Below are positions 51,701 through 64,000 of a stretch of DNA of 64,000 nt, in pieces (position 1 is the first letter of the stretch; the number at the start of each line of letters is the position of its first letter). A program made the translations under genes and the position numbers. The notes under the pieces are model-generated. The model did no database searches and was not told the DNA's origin. It saw nothing but the letters and a program-made list of their open reading frames with translations. The DNA comes from Perna viridis (Eukaryota): the NCBI GenBank assembly GCA_037379345.1, contig CM074516.1, forward strand, positions 8,556,001 to 8,620,000, read 5' to 3'.

Positions 51701-52089
51701 ACGACCAAAAATAACCCGACGCAAAACTATCCAAATTTACGGTAATCTCTAATTGCCATAATATTGTGGTGGGAAAATTATGGGAAATGCAATAATGTTG
51801 AATATCCTTCATTTCTGTTGTAGGGCCAATTTTAATTTTCAAACTGTTAGATAGTGTCCTTAACCGGATTTTATTATTGAATTTCTAGGATATAAATCTT
51901 TCAAAATCAATAGAACAATATTTGTGCATAAAGATAATACAGTACAATTCATTCATCTCAAGCATTCAGCAAGCTTTCCATGCATTTCATGTAAAAGGTA
52001 AAAACACATGTGTATGTGATTGGCCCTCTGATTAATTGAACTTTCCAATAATGTTGCTTCTTTGACATACTGTGATAGGAGCTTACTTG

Positions 52090-52256
52090 TGCTGGATTTA
52101 GCTTCCTATTTCAACAATATTTGATTTCTTCTCATAAACAATTTACGTTTTAATTTGGAACTTTCTATGTTTTAGTTCGTATACTTCTGATGAGAAGTAA
52201 ATCAATGAAACACATGTACATCACACCTAAACGTGCAATATTTAAATGATTGGTGT
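52090..52256 (+). ncRNA. Dispersed copy of the retrozyme-like unit with both hammerhead core boxes intact
   Basis: Homologous to ~35997-36160. CTGATGA at 52187-52193, GAAA at 52207-52210, then CACATGT. Confidence 0.5.
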
Positions 52257-54097
52257 TTCGTTTTCTTTTTTCATTCACAGAGTTGCGATTTTTACTTCTT
52301 AAACACAATGCCCTTTACACAGAACTATACATATCTTTCTTTTAAGTCTTAAAAGATACTTATGCGAAGACGAATTCTGAACTCCTTGTCACTAACGAAT
52401 GATCGAGTTGATCTCAATTAATAACAATTTCATACATGTGATAATTTTAAACAACGACTTCAGGTACAGAAGGTATTTTATAATAACCACACACACATGT
52501 CCTATCATTAATTCTGACCTTCATGTGCATCTTCATATTCATAAGCGATCACTCTAAAAACGTGTTTGTCAATAAGATAAGAATTATACATGTCAAGTTT
52601 TACTTAATGCACCAATGTAAATATATAAACATCAGCAAAATTTGTAAATTCAATCTATAAATTAGTAGAGTGTTGAATTAATGTAATTACATGCACGTTA
52701 CAACTGCACTATATAATTATTTTTGGCGAATAAATAATCGCAGATAACTGATAGTTCATTATTATTATTGAACCAGTATTATCCTATGAACAAACAATGA
52801 TACATGATAAAATAAATTGTTGCATAGTTTTGCCTGAATTTGTTTGAGTTTTTTTTTATTTTGTCAATTTCAAAGCTATCAAGTTTATATAGGGGTTTGA
52901 AATGTTCCATTTTTTCAATACGTTAATTCCTTTATCTTTTTCACTCTATTTCTAAAAAGAATATAGATAGTATGCACTAAAATATTTAATATTTAAAATC
53001 TTTAAAACCCTTTAATGGACAATGCTAAAATATGCAACGCAATTTATATTAGAAAGAAATTATTACAACTGACACCATATAAAAATGAAAAGTGGAACAG
53101 AAAACTCTGTACTGAAAAAAAACTATGCAATGTCGCATATAATTCAGAACGATTATTTTTGCAAAGTTCAGTTTCGTCTTGTGGCTTTGTTATGAGGCAT
53201 ATTATTGATGTGCACGAAGCTGTTTGCTGTCTTATGAAAATGAACGTGTATGTATGAAAGTACGTACGTATGTTTGTGATAACAAATAAACAACCAAACT
53301 GATTAACCAAACTGATCAAACTAAGGCAACATCAAAAAGGAGTAGTAAAAAGGAAAGGCAGTATCACAGTTAAAACCAGAAAATTAGAAATTACCACTTT
53401 GTTCCTGACGTGGTACAGGCAGGTATTTTCCTGAGTAACGTTGGTTTAAACCAGGAGTATGTATGTTCGCCATGCTTTTTTTTTTTAATAATGTGACAAC
53501 TTTTCAACAATGGATATAATTGCCACATAAATCCAAAATCTGTATACATAGCCACTAAAATGTTTTTTTCTCTTCAGCTTCGTGTAAAAAGCATTTTTTT
53601 CTAGATAGCTCAAGACCAATTATTTTTTTCTCAAAAATTAAAATAAATCCTTAGCCTCCACCCCAACACAAGACAATCAATTGGTTATTGTCTAATGAAT
53701 GGGTAATATATACACGCGTATAATATTAATCTGACAGCAAATTTTATCAAAGAATTATTCATTAGTTCTCTGAATTAAAGTTAAACAGTACTTCATTATA
53801 ACCCCAAACTGAAATCCCACCTTCATCAATATTCAACGTCACACGTATGACATATTTAAGATACAATTCCTATTTTACTTTACCAATATACGTAATGGCA
53901 TGTAACATTCGTCTATAATTATGTAACGTTAACAGCTCAATACTTTGGAATTTCTAATTATTTTTGTAATTGAATTTTTATAATGCTCTAAGATGACATT
54001 TTAAGCAAAGATGAAAGTATTTTATACTGTATTGTCAAATTAATAATCTATGTACAAAATCACATAGGGTTCCTACATAAGTAAGGATGAAAATTTA

Positions 54098-54684
54098 AAA
54101 GAGTAATCAATGGAAACAAGGTTATAGCGGTAATCAAAAGAATGTAATCCAGGGAGAAAGACCAGACATGGAAAACAGACATACACAACAAAGAACATAA
54201 AAGTAACTAAAATCATACATACAAAGTAACAAAAACAAATGAGCAACTCGGACTCCATTAAAAACTGAGAGCATGGACCAGCTCCATCGGTAGGGTAAGC
54301 GACCTCTACTTTTCTGGAAACACCCGCCGAGTTGCTCATATAAAGTCAAGTTCGGGGTAGACGAAAGAGGAAAGCAAAGCTATGACACGTTGAACAAATC
54401 AGTTTTCATGGCGCAGATGGATACACTGTAACGATCCACGAGTTCATGATGACGACCATAAAACTTTAGTAGTGATGACTTCAATCTTGTAGCAACATAA
54501 CCCTGCTCCAGAAGCCTATTTGTTAAAATTCTAGCGTGATACAAAAAGTCTACGTAGTCTCGGCAAGCTCTGACATAACGTATAAGTTGTGATATGAACA
54601 CTCCATATGCAGTTGCTGAAGGGATGTTGCCACAGGAAAGTTGACAATTTTGAATGAAAAGTCATCATGTTTGCCATAAAGTTT
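54098..54684 (-). mobile_element. PLE family A, 5'-truncated copy
   Basis: ORF 54380-54601 FISQLIRYVRAC..KFYGRHHELVDRY..DLFNVS* plus the shared 3' region. Confidence 0.92.
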
Positions 54685-55379
54685 AATTTACGTAAAGTTT
54701 GTATCATGGAAATTTCCGTATTTAAATATACTGGTATGCATGAATGTTGTGTCTGTTAATGATTTATAGACAAAACATGCATATGGTAGGCAATTTTAAA
54801 TGACTCATGTAGGAGCATCGGTGTATATAATCGCGCATATAAATTGTAAAAAAACAATGGTATTCACACATTCCGTATAATCTTTCATAAATTAAAGAGT
54901 CTGCAAGGCCAAAGGTACTCTTACACTTCATCAAATTGACAGAGAAATTAACAGTAATAAAAATCAATTCAAATTGGGACTTTAACGGTCAATTAGAGAT
55001 ACTTCATTTATAAATTCCTTGATGATCTAGTCTTATAAGTTATCAAAATCAAAAGAGTTAAATAAAAAAACGAATTGATTTTTATTTCAGTTTATGCTTT
55101 ATATCAATACATTTTTTTCCATTAAAACGCAATTTGTACCACATTAGAAGAACTTCCCAAGCGGGAATTTTCAAATCTGTTTACAGTTTATATTCTTCTA
55201 CCTTTTACACTACACTTCCACATAAAACAAAAATTCAGTTATCTTATCTAACAGGTCGTTCGATAAATCGGGATGTCAATATATTTATTTGAATTCTTAA
55301 CATACTTTTAGTAACGTAAAATATAAAACTATGTTCATTGGACTTCTTTTGATATATTTGCATAACTCTAATTCCTTTT

Positions 55380-55990
55380 AGAAAACACTGTCATCCGCTT
55401 TGGCGATACCGTTTATCGTCAAGTTCTTGTGATTACCATGGGAAACGATTGTTCGCCACATTTAGAGGACCATTTTCTGTACTCTTGCGAATCACAACTT
55501 ATGGCTAGAATAAAGAAAAAAAACCATTCCAAACAACATATGGTAGATATTGTGTAATAACACATAGGATATAAGGACGATAAGTTGGCTCTTAATTAAC
55601 AACGACGACTTCAGTATTTATACTAAAGATAAATGTCCTCCTGAACTTCTTTTGACAAAAACATATATCGATGATAAAGACTGTAGGTTTCCGGATTTTA
55701 TTATGCATATCAACAATGGTAAACTTAATAATAAAATTTATGATAAAACTATGATTTTTATTCCCTATTCTTAACTATCTGTTTTTAGAAGGTACCGTTC
55801 CTTTGTCACAATCATGTGGTGTTTACATATCACAATCGGTTCGAACTATGATTAATACGGGCTGGTACCTCCCACCCTATATCATATGGTGATATTCTTC
55901 ATAAAGCACAGAAAGCTCAATACTTAGTCCAAAAATGTACTTATCCGTTAAATAGGCTAATTCGCAAGAAATAAAATTATGATTAATGCC
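55380..55990 (+). mobile_element. Old PLE RT fragment (family C)
   Basis: Manual reading across frameshifts: IRFGDTVYRQVLVITMGNDCSPHLEDHFLYSCE..YKDD..PELLL..NGKLNNKIYDK..NYLFLEGTVPLSQSCGVYISQ. Confidence 0.7.
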
Positions 55991-56920
55991 CTTGTCTTCC
56001 GCTTTAATTTACTACAACCATTCTTGAATAAATTGAATTTAGAGATTAGGACATGAACTATCAAGCTATCAAGAATACTTAGTCAGTTCTTGCCGTTATA
56101 TTTTATACTTAAATACATATAAACTCAGCTTTAGAGGATGCATGGAGTGGAACCCATTATTATTTATGCCGGATGAATTCTCTTCGTTTTAGTAAGGATT
56201 TATTTTTGATAAGAATATACATGTAGTAGCATTTGCTATAATTTTGTTCTGACTTGGGTATTGATACCAGCCTATCTTTATTATGGGTGAGTTGAGGTTG
56301 TAAAAGATGATTTATCTTAATTACACAACTAATTACAAAATGAAGTTAAGTGCATTAGTATATGGTAAGGTGTTAGATAACGTATGACCTTCTTTTCACT
56401 GAACTAGCGACAGGCTAAGATAAATGTCTTGAAAATGTTGGCATAATACGATTTTAATTTCATGGTCCTCAATTACTTTTGATTATAAGATTTCTTGTTC
56501 ATGCAACAACATTGTTTATGATTGTTAAACCAGTCTATAAGCATTTAGCTTCAGTAAAAGGGTTCAAATATTAGAATTTTTATATACTTGTCTACTACAG
56601 AATAAGAAGTAACCACTTAAATTATACACCAAATGTGCAACTTCGATGCAAAAGAATTACAATCTTTTTTGTCTCAATCCAATGATATCCCATCCGATTA
56701 TGTAATTCTCCTAGATGTCATACTGCATATAAGTCATATTGTCTCAGTTACGGCAGTATGTTTCAATTTAACGTATGTAGTTCATCGTTATACGAATGAC
56801 ATGTCTCTTACTGAAAGTTAAACTATTATAAATCAACGAAGAATCCTGTAATTTTAAATCGTTGAAGTTGCACTTTTTTTAATGGAAGTGTCGATTGTTA
56901 AAAAAATATTATTCCCAAAT

Positions 56921-57765
56921 CTCCACTCTTATGAGGCTGACTTTATAGCTGATTTGATCAGAAAGAAAGAATATCGTTTGGCTAGATCCTTCAATCTCAG
57001 TTTCCGCTATATAGATGACGTATTATCTTTAAACAATCCTAATTTCGGGGATTTGATACATCGCATGTACCCAAAAGAACTTGAGATAAAGTATACTACT
57101 GACACTGTGAAGTCAGCCTCATATCTTGACCTACACTTAGAAATCGATGGTAAAGGAAAACTATTGACCAAACTTTATGACAAACGTGATGACTTTTCAT
57201 TCAGAATTGTCAACTTTCTTTTCATCTGTGGCAACATCCCTTCAGCACCTGCGTATGGAGTGTTCATATCACAACTCATACGTTATGCCATAGCTTGCCG
57301 AAACTACGCAGACTTTTTGTATCGCACTAGAACTCTAACAAATATGCTTCTGTAACAGGGTTATGTTGCTACAAGATTGAAGTCATCACTACAGAAGTTT
57401 TATGGTCGTCATCATGAACTCGTGGATCGTTATGGTGTATCCATCTGCACCATGAAAACTGATTTATTCAACGGGTTATGGTTTTCCTTTCCTCGTTTGT
57501 CTACCACGGACTTGACTTTTTATGAGCAACTCGGCGGGTGTTTCTAGAAAAGCAGAGAACGCTTACCCTACCGGTGCATCTGGTCCATGCTCCCAGTTTT
57601 TAGTGGAGTCCGAGTTGCTCATTTGCTTTTGTTACTTTGTATGTATGATTTTAGTTACTTTATGTTCTTTGTTGTGTATGTCTGTTTCCATGTCTAGTCT
57701 TTGTTTTGTCCCTGGATTACATTCTTTTGATTGCCGCTATAACCTTGGTACCCTTGATTACTCTT
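56921..57765 (+). mobile_element. PLE family A, one of the two longest copies (RT motif 5 to 3' end)
   Basis: LHSYEADF..FRYIDDVLSLNN..YPKELEI..SASYLDL..TKLYDKRDDFSF..PAYGVFISQLIRYA, the PLE-type RT signature. One premature stop at 57353-57355. Confidence 0.95.
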
Positions 57766-58345
57766 CCATCCGTGTCCATTGTACTTAGTGTTCTCTTCAT
57801 ATATTTCATGATGTTTATACGATTTGACACACAGACTGACGTATAAATTACGTACATGTTTATATATCTTCATTTTATGTTCTAACTTCTTTTATTACAC
57901 TCAGAGTATCTGTTATCAATATACACTTATACTCACATATAATAAGTGAAGTCTATACTTCTTTTATTTCTTTACATTATATTCTACCATACTGTCGATG
58001 AAAGAATAAACGGGGTTTTAACCTGATTTTTTTTTATAGTTCTGTCAGTGGTTTCAGGACAATTCATTCGAAAACAACGACGACATGATCAAGTTATTCG
58101 AACTATTCAAAAACCCAAGAAATTATTGACTCTTATTATGTAAATGATCCTTGGCGATGCCATCCTATCTTAATTTTGTTGTCATATTAAGATAATATAG
58201 CACTCTAAATATTCTGCTAACAGTTTCTAATCTACAGCACATTCGAATGAAAATCCGCAAAGAACCTCAGGCGTTCTAAAAATATCGAATAATAGCTCGA
58301 CACAGTTGATAGGTGCGGCAGCACCATTTTTGCTTTATTAATTTA

Positions 58346-58857
58346 TTTGTTTGTTTGTTTGTTGGGGTTTAACGTCCGAGCAGCAATATTTCAGCTATAT
58401 ACAGACAATGAACATGAAATGGATGATAAAATGAAAATGAAATGAAAAAAAAAAAACGATGGGTCACAAGGACAATAGGGTCGACAAATTTTGATTGCCA
58501 CTGGAAAAAGGGGATGGGCAAGGTCGGGCATTCTAGCCTCCCGTGGCGGAGCGCAAAGGTTCCCACTCCTATCGAACACCACAGCAGGGTTCTTGAACGT
58601 GCGAGGAACGTGGCATCCTTCCCAACACGATGCACCACTATGGTTTGCGGTCAGGTTTTCCGTATTATAGCCTGACAACCCCAGCAAGTAACACGCCAGG
58701 GGTACCCCATTCCACCACCTGGGCCACACATCCAAGTTGCTCTGTGGGCAGAGCGCCTAGCCCCCGGCTAGGTTTCTGGGCACTATTTAGTCGCCTTATA
58801 CGACAATCTTAGCGCTGCTGCAGGCCTATTCTTTTAACACCTGGGCCTGCACGGGGC
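58346..58857 (-). mobile_element. ~500-bp SINE-like retroposon, copy 2 (full length)
   Basis: 11-bp TSD TTATTAATTTA at 58335-58345 and 58858-58868; (CAAA)n tail. Confidence 0.88.
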
Positions 58858-59019
58858 TTATTAATTTAAATGGTGTACTGTTGACAATTCAATATTTGAG
58901 TAAATTTAAGTGTTGCTGACAAATACAAAGCGGATTACAGACAAATTTTACAATATATTATCATTCAAAATGAGATGATGTGTTGTGCTCGCAGACTTAG
59001 TTGAATATGACTAAATGTT

Positions 59020-59105
59020 CATTTTATCATCCATTTCATGTTCATGAATATAGCTGAAATACTGCTGCTCGGGGATTAAACCCCAACAATCAATCAATCA
59101 ATCAA
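59020..59105 (+). mobile_element. 3' tail fragment of the same SINE-like family
   Basis: GAATATAGCTGAAATACTGCTGCTCGG..TTAAACCCCAACAA(TCAA)n. Confidence 0.8.
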
Positions 59106-60223
59106 TTATACCCCACTGTTCTTAAATACTGCAGTGATAACTCTCCTACAATGTTATGACAGTGTTAGTTTGGATGACTGATTCAGCTGTACAATATAAC
59201 GAGTCTAGAGAGCATATGCAATTGCCATCAATGAGAAGCAGTTACCTTACAATCTCTCCGATTTATAGCTTCTTATTTGAAACTTTGATAATTAGGACTA
59301 GATTAGTCAAATGTCTCAGAAAACTGAAATTTGATTGTTCAAATATAGTACAAAGAAAGAAAAATTAATATCGAAATAATAAATGAGGAGACACACCAAT
59401 ACAAAAGAGGTTGAGCACTCAGGTGCTTTTATAGGGAAAACTGTCCCCGTTTCTAATTAAAGGTCAATTCCAATTAAAAGTAAAAATATCTGACAGAGGA
59501 AATTGTTTGTCATGTGAGAAACGGACACTTAATCACGATGAATAAAGTTGTGGTGACACTTTTTGAAGTAACGAACTTGATCTGTGGGCAATATGTATTT
59601 GACACAGTTCTGTAAATAACAGAGATCTTTACATGAAAATCTATGAAATGTTTACAGTTTCAAGAAAAGCTTTAGAAAGACAAAGATAAAACAAATATGA
59701 ACAATATAACATGTCTTGAAACTCTACATAAGCGAAACAAAAAGGATGAACAAACGACTTTTTGTATATTGATCCACCTTTTTGAATAATTAATGGGACA
59801 ACAAAACCACAAGACCAAAAGATCAAAGTAAACAAAAGAAAAAACAACACGACAACTAATTATCCACAGAATTTTGATTTCTTGTCTACTTAGCTTTTTT
59901 CAATTGATCTCTGTCTAGTTTAATTGCTTTGAAACTAAGAGATGAATTTGTTGTATATTGAAAGTAAAAAAAATCAGGAGATGTAAAGTCATTCTTCTTT
60001 TATATATTCGTTATTTCCAGCTGGTTATTTTGCAATCTTGTCTGTATAATTCATTACTTCTTGTTAACAAGTGTAATAAGACATATCATCTTAATCTAGT
60101 ATACTGTAATGGTAATTGAAGACCTTTTCATAGTTACTTGTCATGAAAACTGATGCCACTTGCTGTGATATATTTGAACTGTTGAATGTACTTGTTACCG
60201 ATTGAACGGTGACTTTGTTAGAT

Positions 60224-60322
60224 GGAAAGGAAAGGAAACCAATGTCCCGTTGAATAAATCAGTTTTCATGGTGCAGATGGATACACCATTACGATCCACG
60301 AGTTCATGATGACGACCATAAA
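60224..60322 (-). mobile_element. PLE family A, short internal fragment
   Basis: Reverse complement of TATGGTCGTCATCATGAACTCGTGGATCG..TTCCTTTCC. Confidence 0.85.
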
Positions 60323-61786
60323 TAACATCCATAAAACAACTTAGGTTAAAAGACCTTTACTTTAACCTCCGAGTTTGATTAAAATGCCAAATAACATGAA
60401 ACAGTTGTAAAAGGAAGAGCCTCAATATTGCTGTTCTATATTAATCTAAGAGAATAATTAACATGATTAAACAACGTAACCGTTAAGACTTATAGCAGAA
60501 CTCCCTGAAGATTGGAGTGATGCACGATGGAATTTTACGATATGTCGTCATCCCAGACAAATTACGAGACATTAACTCTGACTTGTTACCTCGTTCCCTA
60601 CCTGATTCATCGTTAAATGCTATTTTTTCCTTGCAATCATGGACTTAGCATTTGTTTCGTACTAAATACACCTATAGGCATTACATATGCTCTCGGGTTA
60701 ATTTTTCTTGTTTACGTCTCAAAATAAAAGATGTACATTGTCTATCACCTATGGCGCATTTAAAGCATGTGAACCGATGATCGTATCAAAACACTCTTCA
60801 TATTCTAAAAACCGAAGAGTAATAAATTTTGGTATTACATGTATAAACAATCTCAAGACATGTTTACATGCTATATATTAAGTTGTTTTTTTATTTCTGC
60901 TCAATATTTATGATTTGTATCATAGAAATAAATTGGAGCTATAAATTTTCATTCTTTAAATGCATTAATGGTAACAAAGTAAATTTGTACCGTGCTTGTC
61001 GGTAATTATTCGGCTGTTATGGAACGCAGTTATAACAGTTCGTCTTTGATGTCTCGTCTTCTAAGGAGGAATATACACGCATTATTTTAATTCAGAAGTA
61101 ATACTTATCTTTATTACTGTTTTCCCCATTGCACTAATGAATAATTGTACGTTCATTTATTTTCATTAAAAGTAGTGATTTACCAATTATTGAGGAGATT
61201 AACTATTTTGTTATGGGTCTTTTTTTAAGGATAGGGAAGAATAACGTTACTTTTTCCTTTTCTTCAATTAAATAAACTCATTTTATTGGCGATTTTAAAA
61301 ATAGGACGTAGTCATGATTGCATCGCTGCAACTATTTGTAATGTGGTGATTGTTTTTATGCGCAATGAAATTCTATTAAAGTTGTTGTAATTGTTTCCGT
61401 CTGTTGTTTATAGCATGATATAAAACTAAGGAGATACAAATTGTTTAAGGATGATGGCATAATGAAATATAACACACGTTTTACTGGAATTCATTTAAAT
61501 CATCATATGTGTCATAAAACACTTTGCGTAATGCTTCAATATATAGAAGCAGACACAAAGGTGAAATTAATACATTATGGTCATCCGGAAATAAAAAAAA
61601 ATATCTAGGTACAATATATGTTGATTCAAAGTAATTATTTAAATCTAGATTGAAATGCTTAGAAGTTTCATAATTTTAATTCAAATGGCCTAATAAGTTT
61701 TGTTATCTTCATAAATTGTCCGGTACATTGACAAGACAACTTTCAGAATACACACATACTACACAGGTAAAAATGCCAACGTATTA

Positions 61787-61985
61787 GAGGGTAACCAATG
61801 GATTCTAGCGGAAATCAAAAGAACGCAATCCAGGGACAAAGAACAGACAGCGAAACTATACACACACAACAAATTACATAAAGTACCCAAAAATTGTAAG
61901 TACAAAGAAAAAAAAGCAAATGAGCAACTCAAGACTCAACTAAAAATTTGTGGCATGAACCAGGTGCATTGGTATTGTAAACATG
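61787..61985 (-). mobile_element. Older relative of the PLE family A 3' region
   Basis: TAGCGGAAATCAAAAGAA..CCAGGGACAAAGA..GCAAATGAGCAACTC..CCAGGTGCA. Confidence 0.7.
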
Positions 61986-63087
61986 TGTTTAGGAGTACTA
62001 TGGTAAACAATTGTCTGTGCTTTTAACAATAAACGACAGCACATGTTTTCTAAATTGTTTTTAAATACAATGCCCTTTTCATATACAAAATACTATTGAA
62101 AACATTAATACCATATATTTTTTTTATAAAATTAATTCGTTAGTCAGAAACATACGTTTTTCATGTGTTGATCATGGTGATCCAAATCATATGCAAAACA
62201 CATGATAGACAAATGTTTTCCAGGTGTTTTCAAAACGTATGAAAAACATATGTTGCATTTTGTTTTGTGTACTCCGTTTTGTATTGTTTATATTCAAATT
62301 CTCGTTTTATCAAGTTCATTGAAGTTTTCTGTTGTGTCTGTTTCAGCTATGTTTCTCTATTTCTCTTTGTGCAAGTTTCAAAATAGTATTGCTTACGTTC
62401 TTTTCTGTTTTTACTTGTATTGTATGAGTTGATATTAGGAAGTAATTTGATCATTTGTAAATCGAAAGCAAAATATAATTTTCAGTATAGATTTTATCGT
62501 TGTGGCCAATGATTCATTGGCATTTTATTAAATAATTTTACTCATCTGCTAAAAAAAATCCTAGTGTTCTTTGTTTGCATGTCGACATACTCTCTTACAC
62601 TAACACACGAATAGATGTAATTAGTGGTATTCTGTATTAGTCTTCCCCATGCTGTTTTGTAATTTTCTTTTCGCTGGGTTTAATTGTCTGTTTCATGCTG
62701 AACCAGCGACATAGAATATTAAAGGCAGCATGCCAGACTTCACATCTTGTTAATTGTCTGGATTTCTGTAAAACTGTATGTTTAACCTTTTATACTTCCG
62801 TCTTATCCCATTAAGAACTTAATTCAAGTAATTCTTGTTTTATGAATTGTATGAGACATATCAATTACGTATACTTCGGTTTACAGTCATTGATTTTATT
62901 CGTGTTTCGTCACAATATTTTGTATTTTTTGTTATTTTCCTTGTCCTTAATTTTCACCCTTTTTGTTTTCATTTAAGATGATTTTAATAAGACAAATGAA
63001 TAGTGGAGTGTTCATATTTGTTATTTAACTATTGTTGATTTATTCAAATGTTAAAATACTTGTAAAGTTAGACATTCACTGCATCTG

Positions 63088-63558
63088 TTTGTTTGTTAGT
63101 TTGTTGGGGTTTAACGCCCGAGCAGCAATATTTCAGCTATATTCAGACGATGAACATGAAGTTGATGATAAAATGAAAGAGGGATGGGACACAAGGACAC
63201 TGGGGTCGACAAATTTTGATTGCCACTGGAAATTGGGAGAGATGGGTAGGGTCGGGCAATTTAGCCTCCTGTGGCGGAGCCCTATGGTTCCTACTCCGGG
63301 AGAATACCACAGTAACATGGCATATTTCCCACCACGGTGCACCACTATGGTTTGCGGTCAGGTTTTCCGTATTATAGCCTGACAACCCCAGCATGTAACA
63401 CGCCAGGGGTACCCCATTCCACCACCTGGGGCACACATCCCAGTTGCTCTCTGGGCAGAGCGCCCTAGCCCCCGGCTAGGGTTCTGAGCACTATTAAGTC
63501 GCTTTTTACGACAAGCTTAGCGCTGCTGCAGGCCTATTCTTTTAACACCCGGACCTGC
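63088..63558 (-). mobile_element. ~500-bp SINE-like retroposon, copy 3
   Basis: 13-bp TSD TTCACTGCATCTG at 63075-63087 and 63559-63571. The 5' end is ~7 nt shorter than copy 2. Confidence 0.88.
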
Positions 63559-64000
63559 TTCACTGCATCTGAGGTATTGCAACAATTGCACTTAAAGGTT
63601 AAGCACATGTGCATACAAGTGTAATATATCAAAAAGGGTATTTAGTATAATATAACACAAATTCACACCTGGGATGCCATTGAGGACAATAAGATGTTTC
63701 CCGTAAATGTAAAATAACGATGTTTCTCGGACGTCATAAAGCCCGTCGGAGAGAATTCTGGGGTCATTCGTTACATGTTTTTATTAAGTTTCGACTGTGA
63801 ATAAATTGCAATTCTATAAGTATTGTTCCTTTTTGTCAAATTTTCTATATACAATATCATTTATAAATGTGATTACAGTAAAAAAAAATATGAAAAAAAA
63901 ACATCAATAAGGATTTGGATTTCATTTGTCAACATTTTTATCATTAAATGAATTACACATTGATACGTTCAGTTCGATGTTTTTTTACATATCTTGTATC

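Overview
AT-rich eukaryotic DNA, almost entirely repeat-derived. The repeat families resemble those of bivalve molluscs (inference; not confirmed by a search). No intact host gene, rRNA, tRNA gene or CRISPR array is supported. Main content: (1) a decayed Ty3/Gypsy LTR retrotransposon at ~3728-11962 (gag with CCHC knuckle, protease, RT, RNase H, integrase) whose integrase ends in a PHD finger that the ORF track misses. Its 5' LTR is replaced by an inverted copy of its own PPT/3' LTR junction, and the whole element sits between ~500-540 bp direct repeats of the target, a decayed CR1/L2-type LINE. (2) About 11 5'-truncated copies of one Penelope-like element (PLE) family whose ORF ends at the RT thumb and is followed by a conserved structured 3' RNA, plus two older PLE families. 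(3) Three TSD-flanked ~500 bp SINE-like retroposons with a pseudoknot/hairpin head instead of a tRNA head. (4) Four hammerhead-ribozyme-like motifs, one within a retrozyme-like tandem unit. (5) Helentron/HINE-type and MITE-like elements, a tRNA-derived SINE head, mini- and microsatellites, and faint Cys-rich exon remnants. All identities were counted by eye and are approximate.
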